Below, piece after piece: positions 25,316 through 38,959 of a stretch of 64,000 bases of DNA. A model generated the notes under the pieces. The model had not been told where the DNA came from. It made no database searches and saw nothing but the letters and a program-made list of their open reading frames with translations. A program made the translations under genes and the position numbers. The stretch's first letter is position 1. Each line of letters starts with the position of its first letter. Location of the stretch: positions 6,261,360 through 6,325,359 of the forward strand of contig NC_043019.1 of assembly GCF_006345805.1 (NCBI RefSeq), given 5' to 3'. This DNA comes from Octopus sinensis (lineage: Eukaryota).

Positions 25316-26009
25316 TTACATGCGTTGGATGACGCGATCCAAGATACACTATCTCAAAAATGGAATGACCATGGCTGGAACGCCTTTTATTTTAGAACTG
25401 CTTGATTAAAACCGGCCGTCACTGAACTAAATAACAATAACATCGACAGCTTCAGTGTCTGTACTATGAAATAACATAATTACTCCCTTTATTTATCTTC
25501 TTTTGTCCTCGTTTCCGTTTGGTGTGAGAGATACTACAAGGATTGATTTCGAATGAAACCGAGAATTTTTTTGAAAATTGTCAGGGAGTAATTAGATATA
25601 GTGATTGGAAATAGGTCTGGAAATTGCTTCGTAAATCGATGGCTGATGAATTAAATAAACGACAGTTCCACTCTAACCCAACGACGAAAAAAAACACACC
25701 GCCACACACCCTGATTGATTAAGCTGATTATCTCTGATCAGATAAATCCTCCATTCGTCACTTCCATAAATATCTAAATTTCTTCCGATTCCATTATTCC
25801 ACCATCCCTTCATTCTTTCGTCGTATCATTCAATCACTTCTCACCATCTATATTAATCTATGTTTGATTAGTTCTTAGTTATCGATACGTCCGATCAATC
25901 AGATTTAACATCATAATCCCTTATTTTCGCACTGTTGTCTTTTAACCCTCCACAGATCTATAAAATAAATAGTTTTGGGATCGCTATTTAATGAATTATA
26001 CACGCCCTC

Positions 26010-26481
26010 AGACGTGGCTGTGTGGTAAGAAGCTTGCTTCCCAATCACTTGGTTCCGGGTTCAGTCCCACTGAGTGGCACCTTGAGCAAGTATCTTCTAC
26101 TATAGCCTCAGGCCGACCAGAGCCTTATGAATAGATTTGGTAGACAGAAACGAAAAACCCATCATGTGTGAGTGTGTATGTGTGTCTGTCTGTCTGTGTA
26201 TCTGTGTGTGTGTCTGTCTGTCTATGTATCTGTGTGTGTGTCTGTCTGTCTTTCTGTTTATCTGTCTGTCTGTTTGACTCTCAGTACAGCTTGACAACCG
26301 ATGTTGTGTGTTTACGTACCCGTAACTTAGCAGTTCAACACAAGAGACCGATAAAATGAGTACCAGGCATAACAAAAACTAAGTACTGGGGTCGATTCAT
26401 TCGACTGAAAATACTTCAATGTCGTGCCCCAGCATGGCCGCAGTCTAATGACTGAAACAAGTAAAAGATAGAGATAAAAGA
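26010..26481 (+). mobile_element. Older diverged SINE family A copy
   Basis: Head, body and tail recognisable; internal (TCTG)n. Confidence 0.85.
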
Positions 26482-26994
26482 TTATACCTACGATAGAAAT
26501 AGCTATTATTTACATCCTCTCCCACCGTGGGATCAGAGGAAGGGTCAGAAACGATAATGTCCCTGATTGTAAGTTGCATGCATTCACGTATATACAAGCT
26601 CATTTGTATCTATATGAGTGTATACATACACGCACGCACACACGCACACACACACAGAGGCAGGTATGTGTACATATATATCTATATATCTACACATACG
26701 CATATATGAAATATCTATACCTATAATCATATATATTCACATGTACCCATTTGCATATATGCACACATATACACGTATATATACGCATACATATATATAC
26801 GTACATATATATATACATACATAAACACCTACATACATACACACACATGCACATACATGCATATGAATACATATACACTTATACATACACACATATATAT
26901 ACATATATAATACATACACACACAGACGTACACATACATATATATATAACACATACACATACATATCTGTATATACACAAATTCATACATACGT

Positions 26995-29462
26995 GTATTA
27001 TCACACCTGCACTAGGCGACTTCAACGCTCCCACGATCGATTGGCCCGCATCAATTTGTACAACATCTTCCCGGTCGGCCAGGCCCTTCTTGACGTGGCT
27101 GAAGATTGTTTTCTATCGCAACATGTTGAATATCCGACAAGGCATCGGTCTGGGCAGCAGCCATCTATGCTAGATCTGGTATTCTCCCGCTATCCAAGAT
27201 CAGTGTCAGACGTATCTGTGTGCGCCCCTCTTGCCAAGAGTGATCATGCGGTCCTGAAGTTCGTCATGCACACAACTTTTTTCCACGCCCACGATTACTT
27301 CGCTGCCACGTAGAGTCTTCTCTGCAATTAATCTTGAAATTCTAACGAGGCTTCCGCGCTTCTGGACTGGCGATCCCTGATGACGTTGTCCTCAGTTGAC
27401 GAACTATGGTCATCCTCAAAGCATATGTAATCTGTTTGACTGACCAGGCAGTTCCCGTTGGGCTTCCCAAGAAGAAGAAACACAAGCCCTGGGTGACGAA
27501 GAAGGTTAAACGAGAACGTCGACTCAGAGATATGTTGCTTGGCCTGAATTCAAAAATCTGGATTCGACTGCAGCTTTTGAGGTGTACAAGTACAAAACTC
27601 AACGAGACCGAGCCGTGAAAATTAAAATAAGAAAAAGAAGAACGCTTCAGTTATGAATACAAAATCGCGGCAAATGCCAGTAGCAATCCAAAAACCTTCT
27701 TTGCCCATGTCCAGCGGAATTCCCGCTTGAACAACAGATTGCAACGTTGGTAGACTCAACAGGCGTATCGATTGAGGACCCTTATCAACAGAGTCAATTA
27801 TTTGCCGAGGCTTTTTCAACTATTTTCAAACAAGATGATGGTCGTGAACCCCCTCCATTTGATAGATCGGTACCTCCAATGCTTCGATTGATCATCACGC
27901 GGGACGAAGTCAAACGTGTTATTCAAGGCCTCGATGTCAACAAGGGTCACGGCCCTGACGGCATACACCCACGGGTTATCAAAGCGTTGGCTCCGGTCAT
28001 CTGCGAGCCCTTAACACGACTATTCAATATGTCATTGGCGACGGGTGTTATACCTGCAGACTGGAGAACAGCGATAATCTGCCCAATTTTCAAGAAAGGG
28101 AGCCGCGAAGACCCGCTTAACTACCGACCGGTTTCCCTTACATCAATAATCAGCAAGATGTTCAAAACCATCCTTAAGAAAAGTATGATGCTCCACCTCC
28201 TAAACACAGCCTCGATCACTGATTCCCAACACGGCTTCGTGCCGAAGAGATCATGCTTGACCAACTTACTAGTAATGGAAGAATTGGTGACGCGCATCCT
28301 CGATGATAGTGATGCTGTTGACATCGTTTTATTGGACTTTGCCTAAGCTTTTGACTCGGTAAACCACCGCCTACTACTTGTCAAGCTTCAAGCATATAGT
28401 TTCCATCCGGATATTGTACGATGGGTTGGTGCCTTCCTCTCAGATCGCTCCTTCCAAGTTCAAGTAATGGTTCGCGGTCCGACGTCTCCAGTGCGAGCAG
28501 TGGTGTGCCTCAAGGTTCAGTGCTTGGGCCCTTGTTGTTCTTAGTCTTCATAAATGACTTGCCCGACGACCTCACGCACACCCTTCTATTTGCCGACGAT
28601 ACCAAACTGGTCGCTCCTCGCGGTATATAGAGGATCTTCGTCGATGCCTCCACCAAATTTGGAAGTGGTCTAACGATTGGGACCTGTGTCTGAACGTGTC
28701 AAAGTGCTGTCATCTGCCTGTCGGCTCTACTCCTGCAACTCAACTTGATTTCGAGCCGGGTCGTCTGCTGCTGGAGAGGACCGATCAGGTAAAGGACCTG
28801 GGTATCTTGGTGGATTCCTCCTTTTCGCCTTCGGCCCAGTGCGTCCATGCTGCCAACAAAGCGCGCGGAATTCTGTTTTTGATTCGACGGTCATTCGGAA
28901 TGCTCACAGCAGCCATATTCCTACCACTCTATGTCACGCTGGTGAGACCCATATTGGAGTATGGGATTCAAGCCTCTTCTCCTTATCTCCTCAAAGACAT
29001 ACAGCATCTCGAAAGAGTCCAGAGCTGGCTACCCGCATGGTTCATGGTCTCAAAATTTGTCCTACGAAGAAAGGCTGAGGACGCTCGACCTTTATTCTCT
29101 TGAAAAACGCCGCCGCCGTGGTGATCTCATTCTCGCCCACAACATCATAAGCGGGAAGTGTAACCTCTCGAAAGAGCTGTTCTTCACTCCTGCTCCGGAG
29201 CGTCGGCTGCGGGGTCATTCCGAAAAGCTCTACCTGCGACGATTTCATCTCAATCGAAGGAGAGGAGCTTTCTCCGTCCGGGTTGCAGATCCGTGGAACA
29301 AGCTGCCAGACGAGATGGTGAAGATGTCGACGACCGCTTTGTTCAAAGCCTCCCTGGACCTCAAGTGGCCTGAACTCTTTACATGAACACCACCCTGTAC
29401 TTAACTCCATGTCCCCCTACATGGCCTTGCTTTTTGCTTTTGAGCCAAATTAACTAACTAAC
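26995..29462 (+). mobile_element. 5'-truncated CR1-like LINE (APE endonuclease C-terminus plus RT), pseudogenised
   Basis: GDFNAPTIDW, LDLVFS, SDHAVL (APE); [60 protein letters not shown] (RT); (CTAA)n tail at ~29450-29462. Confidence 0.92.
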
Positions 29463-29570
29463 ATATATGTACATATACCACGCATACATACATACATATG
29501 TACATATATATATATGTATATATTATATAATATATATATATATATAATATATATATATATATATGATATA

Positions 29571-29611
<41 letters not shown>

Positions 29612-29673
29612 TATTATATATTGGTAATATATAGATATATATATATATATCTATATATATATATACCAATATA

Positions 29674-29706
<33 letters not shown>

Positions 29707-29760
29707 CAATACATACATATACATATATATATATAATATATTATATATATATATTATATA
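29462..29760. repeat. (TA)n microsatellite
   Basis: Direct reading. Confidence 0.95.
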
Positions 29761-30063
29761 AAAGGGCTTAGTAAATAATTACTTTGCCGCATACTGAACT
29801 CTTAGAAATAGCAGCTAAAAAACTTTTTTAAAGCTATTTCTAATACTTAAGAAAATCTCTCTCATATATAGTGTTTGCTTAATTCAACTCACAAAAGTTT
29901 GGGGGTAAGGACATCGAAAAATCAAATGCTAAGGTTATTTGAGAACGTACGTTTCAAGATTAGTCAAAACAACACTTCTATCATCAGCTCAGAAATTCCT
30001 TGGTTTGGATTTGGAAACACTGAAAATAAGAACATACCCTTTCGAAGATCTGCTCAATTGTTG

Positions 30064-30094
<31 letters not shown>

Positions 30095-30224
30095 CTTATA
30101 TAATTAAATGATGGTGATCTTCAAGTATGAAAGGGGAATTAGATAAGGATTAGGAGTTAAAATGTAGATTTATAACGATATTGTGTGGTTGCTTAGGCAT
30201 TTGGATTTGTTGTAGAATTTGAAT

Positions 30225-30580
30225 GTGTGAAAAAAGCGGTGGTTACATGTGCTTAGGGCCTCATAACGTTTATTCAGCAGTGTTGAAGAGTTGTGCTCCT
30301 TCAGGCAAAGCTTGCAGGTTGAGCATTGACCTCAGTAGGGAGGCCCTGAATCCAATATGGACCATGACAAAGTATAGGGTATATTTGTATTTTTGTGATG
30401 ATGTATGTGACTTGCAAGTGTTGTAGATTTACTATGTTTATCATATCTAAAAGAATAGAGGTGAGTAGCATATCGTTGCTTAAAATATATGGTTGGTCCT
30501 ATGTATATGGCTGTAGAATTGTGTAATGTGTTAAGGACAGTGCATTTGTAAATTACATTATATCTTCTGCAACGCATGTA
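30225..30580 (-). mobile_element. Penelope-like element GIY-YIG endonuclease fragment
   Basis: NVIYKCTV...IYIGPT..FKQRYATHLYSFR...STTLASHI...WSILD..PY, followed by a CKLCL-type motif in a shifted frame. Confidence 0.82.
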
Positions 30581-30959
30581 TGGATACATCTATATGCATG
30601 TATGGATACGTACGTGTGTATACATCTTCACAGATATAAATTCTTTAATTCTTCTACCACTCACCACTAACCTGTCCTTTTAAGCAACTTACCTTATATC
30701 CTAATTCTTCATTCCACCTCAATTTTATTACCCTTACCGCCCTCTCTCTGCCCATCCCTTAAGCTCTATCACAATATACCTCACACTCCTTTGCTCTTTA
30801 CCCTTTCATCTCTTCCTCTCTCTCACCCTCGCCTCTCCCTTCCTTCTATCATTTTATCCTGACTACTAGCTAGCACACCTCTTTCTTCATTCCTTTATTG
30901 TCTCTCTCCCTCTTTTTTCTCTCTTCCTTTCTTCTCTCTTCCTGTTTTTGATTTGACCT

Positions 30960-31460
30960 TACAAACACATTCCCAATTTTAAGTCACTTCAAAAAAAACC
31001 TCGATCGAATAAAACCGTTTATAAGACTCTGCTTGGAATGACCAATTATAAACACCATTGGAACTTACACAGAAGGTACAGGAAACTTATATATACACAA
31101 TTCTGCTTAAATAATGGAACAGCAGATACCATATCCTTACGTACCTCACCTCTGTTTTCATTCCTCCACTTCATTCCGTATTCCTCTACTTCACTCTTGC
31201 ACCGTCTCTGATGAAGGGATATATAAAATATCCCGGAAACAGCTGTAAGACCTTCTCTTTATAAATGTTCTGAAAACTTTCACAGCCTTGGATTCTTTAT
31301 CGCATTCTGTTAATTTTGATATATATAATACACAACCTACGTTGGACTCCTCATTCGTATCATCATCGGACCTGGACCTTAACTATAGTCTGCCCATAGC
31401 ACTTACTCAGCATTACCTGCTACCTTTGGGTCTTCTTGACACCAATGCCTCTCATACTCC
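30960..31460 (+). mobile_element. Penelope-like pseudo-LTR region containing a hammerhead motif
   Basis: Contains the ribozyme at 31204; 31330-31460 is loosely similar to the arm sequence at 42730-42855. Confidence 0.55.
31204..31251 (+). ncRNA. Minimal type I hammerhead ribozyme (Penelope-associated type)
   Basis: GUCU-CUGAUGA-A-GGGAUAU-AUAAA-AUAUCCC-G-GAAA-CAGCUG-UA-AGAC: stem I GUCU/AGAC, 7-bp stem II, palindromic CAGCUG stem III, GUA cleavage triplet; A.G mismatch at the base of stem II. Confidence 0.75.
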
Positions 31461-31472
31461 TATATATATATA

Positions 31473-31512
<40 letters not shown>

Positions 31513-31784
31513 GCGTATTCTACAGCAGAGAATACCTTAGACATGTCTTCCCATAGTAGCTTTGAGTTGACCAATCTCGTGTTTGGATGTAATTTTGTAG
31601 ATAGACTCTGTTCTGAAAGCCGTCTTGTGTATGTATGCGTATGTATATATGTGTATCTATCTGTGTGTATGTGTGTATGTGTTTGGCTGCGTATCTGTAT
31701 ACTGCTCACTGAACTGCATCCTTTACATCAAGAAAGTGATTTAGTAATTTAACAAAAGAAATCAATAAAATAAGAATTATGAAG

Positions 31785-31986
31785 TGGGGGCTGAAATCCT
31801 GGTAAAAGAAAATACAGAAGGATCAGTTAATTATGATTTTATTCAACATATTCCCCTCTCGGGTTCACACACTTATTGCAGCGGCCCTTCAGTTTTCCTA
31901 AGCCCTGTAACAGAATTTGGAAGGTTGGACCTCTAACCAGGCCTTTCGTAATGCCCATAAAGCCAGGAACTGTTCAGCGCACACTC

Positions 31987-31988
<2 letters not shown>
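31785..31988 (-). mobile_element. Mariner-derived MITE, diverged
   Basis: Homologous to 35056-35268; minus strand encodes RCNKCVNPRGEYVE*, a mariner C-terminus. Confidence 0.7.
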
Positions 31989-32079
<91 letters not shown>

Positions 32080-32669
32080 ATTTCTGTATACTTCTCATCA
32101 AGCAGCATCCTTTTTGACAAAAAAGTGACTTAGCCATTCAATAAAAGAAATTAATAGAATAAGAATTAGATCGAAATAAGCCCTAGAGTCGATATGGTTG
32201 ATTAAGATACCCTTGAAGTTGATACCCTAGCATGGCCGCACTCCAGCAACTGAAACCAGTAATAGACTCAAAGATTCAGCAACGCCAAACACTTTCTGAA
32301 AAGTAAAGTAACGAAATCAATAATTTTGATTCTTTTTCCGATTTACTTTAAACAAAATTAAATCAATATTAATATTTGCTGATTGTTTGATTGATTGATA
32401 CGGTGAAATGAAACACATATTAAAAGATGACGCTATATTTTGGCTTCAAATGTCGAATGATATTAATAGCTGTTTCTTCAATGTCGTGCGATAAATAAGA
32501 TAACACGTAATTGCAGTTCTTAAGAGACATTCAGGAAACTTACTGATGTATATACGTGTGTGTGTGCATGTGCTTTGCGTGTGTATTTGTTTGCATGAAT
32601 ATGCACAGATACATATATATCTGTATATATACGTATAAATATACACACATGTATATGTGTATGTATATA

Positions 32670-32690
32670 TATAGATAGATAGATAGATAT

Positions 32691-32766
<76 letters not shown>

Positions 32767-32874
32767 ATATACTTTAACAACGCCAGAATACTGCAGCTTT
32801 CATCTTCAGAAACCATCTTGTAAAGAGGTGTAGTACTAAAAAGCACAGAAATATCAGTCGCATACAATGTTTGC

Positions 32875-32965
<91 letters not shown>

Positions 32966-33020
32966 GGACAGACAGGCGGAGAGACGGGCGGGCAGAAAGA
33001 CAGACAGACAGGCAGGCAGA
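32670..33020. repeat. (GATA)n and (GA)n microsatellites
   Basis: Direct reading; two arrays separated by ~110 bp of unique sequence. Confidence 0.93.
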
Positions 33021-33545
33021 GAGTGCTATGGAAAAGAGAGAAACAGGGTAGATGGGGAAATGGACAAGATTGTTAAACAGTAAATTCTGTGACTCGTATT
33101 GAGATGTTTAAGAACATGTATGACGCTACAGGTGTTTCGGTTGTTTTTAAACACGTGTATGACCACCTTCTGGTTAGGTGATACCACGTAACTGTGAAGA
33201 GAATTTGATTAGATTGATTATAAGTAGCTGTAAATTTTGAATGTATAGTTATCCGGACAACAATCTAATGGCTACCCGGTATCCTCCAACACCTGGTTCA
33301 AGTCTGTTTTATAGTTTGTGGGCTGGCCCCAGCAGCTCACATATACAAAGGGCTAAAGTTTGCTGTAACCCACAGGCGCTCATGGACGTAAATATTGTAA
33401 CAACTTTCAACGGATCGAAACGAAGGGCTGGGGCATATCGGGAGAATTCTTTAAGCCAACGATAATCCCTGAGACGTAAAAACAGTGTAGTCACAGTTAG
33501 AACACCTTTTACCATAGGTATGTTGGATTAGAGCTAACCTGAGGC

Positions 33546-33965
33546 CAGCGCTGGATTAACCCTTAAACAAAATAAGCACATAGTTAGGGCGTCAAAGGAA
33601 GTGAGGTGCCACAGAAATGGTTATCAGTTTACGGCACAAAAGAAATCACTTTAAACGTGCTGAAATAATATTTGAAAATGGTTTATATAGTCGGAAATAT
33701 AATTTCGAAGTGGTCTTAGTGTGATAGTGAGGATATAATCAAGGACTTCGCAATTAAAAAAAGTAGAAAACTTTTCAAATATAAAATAAAGTGGAAGTAT
33801 ACACAAATAAGCATTATACTCCATTTTACTGTTAGTTTTATTTCATTTTGAAAAATAGAAATTTGTTTTATAGTTAATTATTGTTTATATTTTGAATTAC
33901 ATACATATGCGTACCCAAAAATCTTTTAAGGGATTAGGGTCTCTATGGATCTTAATCCGGCCCTG
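33546..33965. mobile_element. hAT-type MITE
   Basis: TIRs CAGCGCTGGATTAA / TTAATCCGGCCCTG; perfect 8-bp TSD CCTGAGGC at 33538-33545 and 33966-33973. Confidence 0.88.
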
Positions 33966-34346
33966 CCTGAGGCTGTACAATGATAACTAAAAGAACTTCT
34001 ACACCAATCGTTCTCAACCGGAGTCTATATGACCTCTGGGGGTCCATGTAAGAATTTTGAGGGTCCACGCAAGCAAACTAGCACACTGGATATTCACAGA
34101 TCCATGAAAAATTTGGCTTTAGATGTGTTTGTTGCAAGAAGCAGCTAGGTTTCTTTCCTGTTGTTTTACATAGTTCGACCTATATGAGTTAATGTGGGTA
34201 GAACAATTTAGGAATTTTGATCGAAATATCTATAAAACTAGATTTTAAACATTAAATAGTTATATGGGTCCGCCAGAATGAAATAACAACCAAAGAGGTC
34301 TAACCGCCTTCAAATCATACCCTGCCATATTAAAAAACGAGGGATA

Positions 34347-34786
34347 GGCGCAGGAGTGGCTGTGTGGTAAGTAGCTTGCTTACCAACCACATGGTTCCTG
34401 GTTCAGGCCCACTGTATGGCATCTTGGGCCAAGTGTCTTCTGCTATAGCCCCGGGCCGACCAATGCCTTGTGAGTGGATTTGGTAGACGGAAACTGAAAG
34501 AAGAAGCCTGTCGTATATGTATAGTATATATTATGTATGTGTGTGGTGGTGTGGGTGTATGTGTGTGGTGTATGTGTGTGTGTGTGTCTGTGTTTGTCCC
34601 CCTAGCATTGCTTGATAACCGATGCTGGTGTGTTTACGTCCCCGTCACTTAGCGGTTCGGCAAAAGAGACCGATAGAATAAGTACTGGGCTTACAAAGAA
34701 TAAGTCCTGGGGTCGATTTGCTCGACTAATAGCGGTGCTCCAGCATGGCCGCAGTCAAATGACTGAAACAAGTAAAAGAGTAAAAG
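34347..34786 (+). mobile_element. SINE family A
   Basis: Full consensus. Confidence 0.93.
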
Positions 34787-35055
34787 GGTATACAATAGAA
34801 ATGGGAAGTGCTAGTATACAAAAAAGACGGATGGTCACAGTTGGAAGGCTTTCGTTATTTATTTACCCTAGTTAAATTCAACTAAACGAAATTCATTCAT
34901 TCACCCCCGCCACTCTGAAAAGTAAGAATGCAATGGGCGATGCAATCCCTTTTAAACAGGACAGACACTCCTGGAACAACACTGGTATTAGTTCTACTCC
35001 AGTAAGAGTAACCCATGGTTAAACAGCAACAAAAACAACGACAGTATATTGCACA

Positions 35056-35268
35056 CGAGGGGGCGCTGCAAAGTTCCTGGCTTTGGGTAAAATAAAATAC
35101 AGGAGGATCAATTAATTAGGATTTTATTCAAGATATTCCCCTCTCAAATTCACACACTTATTACAGCGGTCCTGTTTTTCTAAGCCCAGCAAAATAACGC
35201 GGAAGGTGGGTCTTCAACCAGGCTTTCACAATATCTTTAAAGCCAGGAACTTCTCAGTAACCCCCTCG
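35056..35268 (-). mobile_element. Mariner-derived MITE (~215 bp)
   Basis: TIRs CGAGGGGG..AAGTTCCTGGCTTT / AAAGCCAGGAACTT..CCCCCTCG; remnant transposase C-terminus. Confidence 0.8.
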
Positions 35269-35341
35269 AATTGCACTTATATTATCAGAGCATGCACGTC
35301 AAAGCGAGAGTAATTTGGAATAACAATATAAATATCAACAT

Positions 35342-35601
35342 TAAATAAAATAAATGTGCCCTTTTAAAGCCTAGCCAGGCTCATGGGGCCCGGTTTCCCC
35401 GTTTCTATGGCTTATGTGTTCCCCAGCTGGACGGGACGCCAGACCATCGCAGCGTTACTCATTTTTGCCAGCTGAGTGGACTGGAGCAACGTGAAATGAA
35501 GTGTTTTGCTCAAGAACACAATGCGTCGCCCGGTCCAGGAATCGAAACCACAATCTTACGATCATGATGCTGACACCCCAACCACTAAGCCACGCGCCTC
35601 C
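35342..35601 (-). mobile_element. SINE family B
   Basis: Near-identical to 2984-3242 in reverse orientation. Confidence 0.9.
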
Positions 35602-36003
35602 GCAAATATCGACATTAAGGATAGTAAAATGACCCGAACCGAACTCAGAGAGGAATGGCAGTAATAAGGAGAAGTGAAAGCAAAAGGAAAGAGTGTTTGT
35701 TGAGCTGAAATGTAAGTCACTACAGATATAGCAAATATTTTTGAAGAAGCCTTATTGAAAAAATGTCTACTTTAGTAGACAGTAGAATAAAGCCTACTGT
35801 TAATTGTCTATATGTATGTTTGTGTTAGGAAACCTAACATATCACCAGCTGCTCTATATGCTCATTAAAACTCTACGCTAAGATCTTGATTACACTTAAC
35901 ATATTCTATTATATTCGGGTTCTCCAGCATAATTTTAGCATATAACCGTTATTATTTAAATTTAATACTCTCAATAACATATCTGATCAGCTATTACCTG
36001 AAC

Positions 36004-36479
36004 TAGTGCTTTTCAAACTTTTTGCTGGAGCGGAACCCCAAGGAAACATTCCACTGGCTTGAGGAACCCCTGTGCAATAATTTAATTGTCTTATGCACAC
36101 ATAAGCCCGTCGTATGTATATATATGCGTGTGTGTGTTTGTGTCTGTGTTTGTCCCCCTAGCATTGCTTGACAACCGATGCTGGTGTGTTTATGTCCCCG
36201 TTACTTAGCGCTTTGGCAAAAGAGACCGATAGAATAAGTACTGGGCTTACAAAAGAATAAGTCCCGGGGTCGAGTTGCTCGATTAAAGGCGGTGCTCCAG
36301 CATGGCCGCAGTCAAATGACTGAAACAAGTAAAAGAGTAAAGAATAAAAGAGTATATCTGCACAGGAGAATCAAAAATTACTGCCGATTTTAGCAGTTTT
36401 GTAACTTCTTGCGGAACCCCTGGACTGTACTGGCGGAACCCCTGGACTGTACTGGCGGAACCCTGGTTGAAAACCACTG
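36004..36479. mobile_element. hAT (Charlie-like) MITE with a nested 3' half of SINE family A (36104-36353)
   Basis: TIRs TAGTGCTTTTCAA / TTGAAAACCACTG; TSD ACCTGAAC vs ACCTAAAC (7/8); GCGGAACCCC motifs and a tandem duplication near the right end. Confidence 0.82.
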
Positions 36480-36519
36480 ACCTAAACAGACAGACCTCCT
36501 CTATTTTTCTACCTGTCTT

Positions 36520-36607
36520 TACTCTCTCTCTTTCTTTTTCTCGCTCTCTATCTCCCCCCTCTCTCGCTCTCTATCTCCCCCACCCTCTCTCTCTCTTTCT
36601 CTCTCTT

Positions 36608-36677
<70 letters not shown>
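36520..36677. repeat. (CT)n microsatellite
   Basis: Direct reading. Confidence 0.95.
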
Positions 36678-36678
<1 letters not shown>

Positions 36679-37207
36679 AGCATCTTTCTTACGCTTTTCA
36701 TTTATCATTCGATAGATTCTAATCAACGTTAATATTTTTCAAACGGAAACTAGTAATAAAGTCTTCTCGAATCTTTGTGGATTTCGTTACTGCTTACAAT
36801 TGTGTTCCAATTGTTTTCAAATTTGGTAAATGGATTAAGTTTTGTGTACTAATTATGAAAATGAATTCATTTTCCCTATAAATCCTTAATTGAAAGTTAT
36901 TAGCCTTTAAAATTTGCAAAATTTTGGTATTTTAGCCAATCAGAAGCGAGTATTTTACACATCACCATAGCGAAAAACTTTGTTTCCATAGTAACCAAAG
37001 ATGCTGCGTATGCGCACAAGGAGGAGAAACAGATACGAGAAAGATAATCTTCTACTATAATAAAGCTCTTGTGTTTTTCTCCGTCACAACATATGAATGA
37101 GGAAAAAAGGGGTGATAGATGAATAAGGGAGGAAGGGGTGATGGCAAACTTGGTAGTGGGAGCGTTCCAACTCTGTGTGAGTATGCGCGTGTGTATGTAA
37201 AAGATAA

Positions 37208-37573
37208 TGGTTAGGGCAGCGGACTCGCGGTCATAGGATCGCGGTTTCGATTCCCAGGCCGGGCGTTGTGAGTGTTTATTGAGCGTAACACCTAAAGCTC
37301 CACGAGGCTCCGGCAGGGATGGTGGTGATCCCTGCTGTACTCTTTCACCACAACTTTCTCTCACTCTTACTTCCTGTTTCTGTTGTACCTGTATTTCAAG
37401 GGGCCGGCCTTGTCACTCTCTGTGTCACGCTGAATATCCCCGAGAACTACGTTAAGGGTACACGTGTCTGTGGAGTGCTCAGCCACTTACACGTTAATTT
37501 CACGAGCAGGCTGTTCCGTTGATTCGGGTCAACCGGAACCCTCGTCGTCGAAACCGACGGAGTGCTTCCATCC
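37208..37573 (+). mobile_element. SINE family B, long middle and alternative tail
   Basis: Family B head with the tail shared with 22706-23000. Confidence 0.88.
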
Positions 37574-37805
37574 ATGTATGATTGCTTCTAACCAACATCT
37601 GACCTTAACTTATCGCTACGATCCTTTGATTGCTCCTGTGTTGTGTTGTTCTTTTACACAGACGGTTTTCTTTTTGAAAAGTCACAGGAATCTATTCAAA
37701 CATGAATAATGCCACCCGGTGTTACCTTAATAATAACAAAAACTTTCAATCTACATTTACAATGTATTCAGTGCTTGCAACAATTAAAGAATATTTAATA
37801 CCATA

Positions 37806-38216
37806 GGCGTAGGAGTGGCTGTGTGGTAAGTAGCTTGCTTACCAACCACATGGTTCCGGGTTCATTCCCACTGCGTGGCACCTTGGGTAAGTGTCTTCTA
37901 CTGTAGCCTCGGGCCGACCAAAGCCTTGTGAGTGGATTTGGTAGACGGAAACTGAAAGAAGCCCGTCGTATATATGTATATATGTATATATATGTGTGTG
38001 CGTGTTTGTGTGTCTGTGTTTGTTCCCCCAACATCGCTTCACAACCGATGCTGGTGTGTTTACGCCCCCGTAACTTAGCGGTTCGGCAAAAGAGAACCGA
38101 TAGAATAAGTACTAGGCTTCCAAAGAATAAGTCCTGGGGTCGATTTGGTCGACTAAAAGGTGGTGCTCCAGCATGGCCACAGTCAAATGCCTGAAACAAG
38201 TAAAAGTGTAAAGAGT
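37806..38216 (+). mobile_element. SINE family A
   Basis: Full consensus. Confidence 0.93.
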
Positions 38217-38371
38217 ACCTATTCGAGAGTTATAGCTATCACACACGAACACGCACACAGAGCATGGGGACGAGCAGAAAGACAAGGGAGGCCTGAATCA
38301 ATAGTTTAGCTAATTGCTGGTCAGACGTCTTCCCGAGCTGATTAAATTTAAACAGTAACGGTTATTTACTA

Positions 38372-38890
38372 CGCTGAGGTCGACTTTGCCTTTCATCCAT
38401 TCGGGGTCGATTACATAAGTACCAGTTATGCACTGGAGTCGATGTAATCGACTTAATACCTTTGTCTGTCCTTGTTTGTGCCCTCTGTGTTTAGACCCCT
38501 GTGGGTAGTAAAGAAATAGGTATTTCGTCCGTCTTTACGTTCTGAGTTCAAATTCCGCCGAGGTCGACTTTGCCTTTTATCCTGTCGGGGTCGATTAAAT
38601 AAGTACCAGTTACGCACTGGGGTCGGTATAATCGACTTACTCCGTTTGTCTGTCCTTGTTTGTCCTCTTTGTGTTTAGCCCCTTGTGGGTAGTAAAGAAA
38701 TAGGTATTTCGTCCGTCTTTACGTTCTGAGTTCAAATTCCGCCGAGGTCGACTTTGCCTTTCATCCTTTCGGGGTCGATTAAATAAGTACCAGTTACGCA
38801 CTGGAGTCGATGTAATCGACTTAATCCGTTTGTCTGTCCTTGTTTGTCCTCTCTGTATTTAGTCCCTTCTGGGTAGGAAAGAAATAGGTT
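38372..38890 (+). repeat. Tandem array of about three ~180-bp SINE-derived units (family C)
   Basis: Unit GAGTTCAAATTCCGCCGAGGTCGACTTTGCCTTTCATCCTTTCGGGGTCGATTAAATAAGTACCAG...AAAGAAATAGG repeated head to tail. Confidence 0.9.
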
Positions 38891-38959
38891 ATTTACTAAA
38901 GTTATAGTCGTTAGTATGCGTGTTTTTTACTAATTTCCGGTTGGGAAATACTGGTTTCA

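Noticed and set aside
33241-33515. Two short overlapping ORFs in unique, GC-richer sequence
   Set aside because: No recognisable motif or convincing splice signals
34005-34300. Possible Charlie-like MITE remnant (similar start at ~56477)
   Set aside because: Only one degraded end is visible; no paired TIR or TSD
38372-38890. CRISPR-like array
   Set aside because: Whole units repeat with no unique spacers; eukaryotic context; no cas genes
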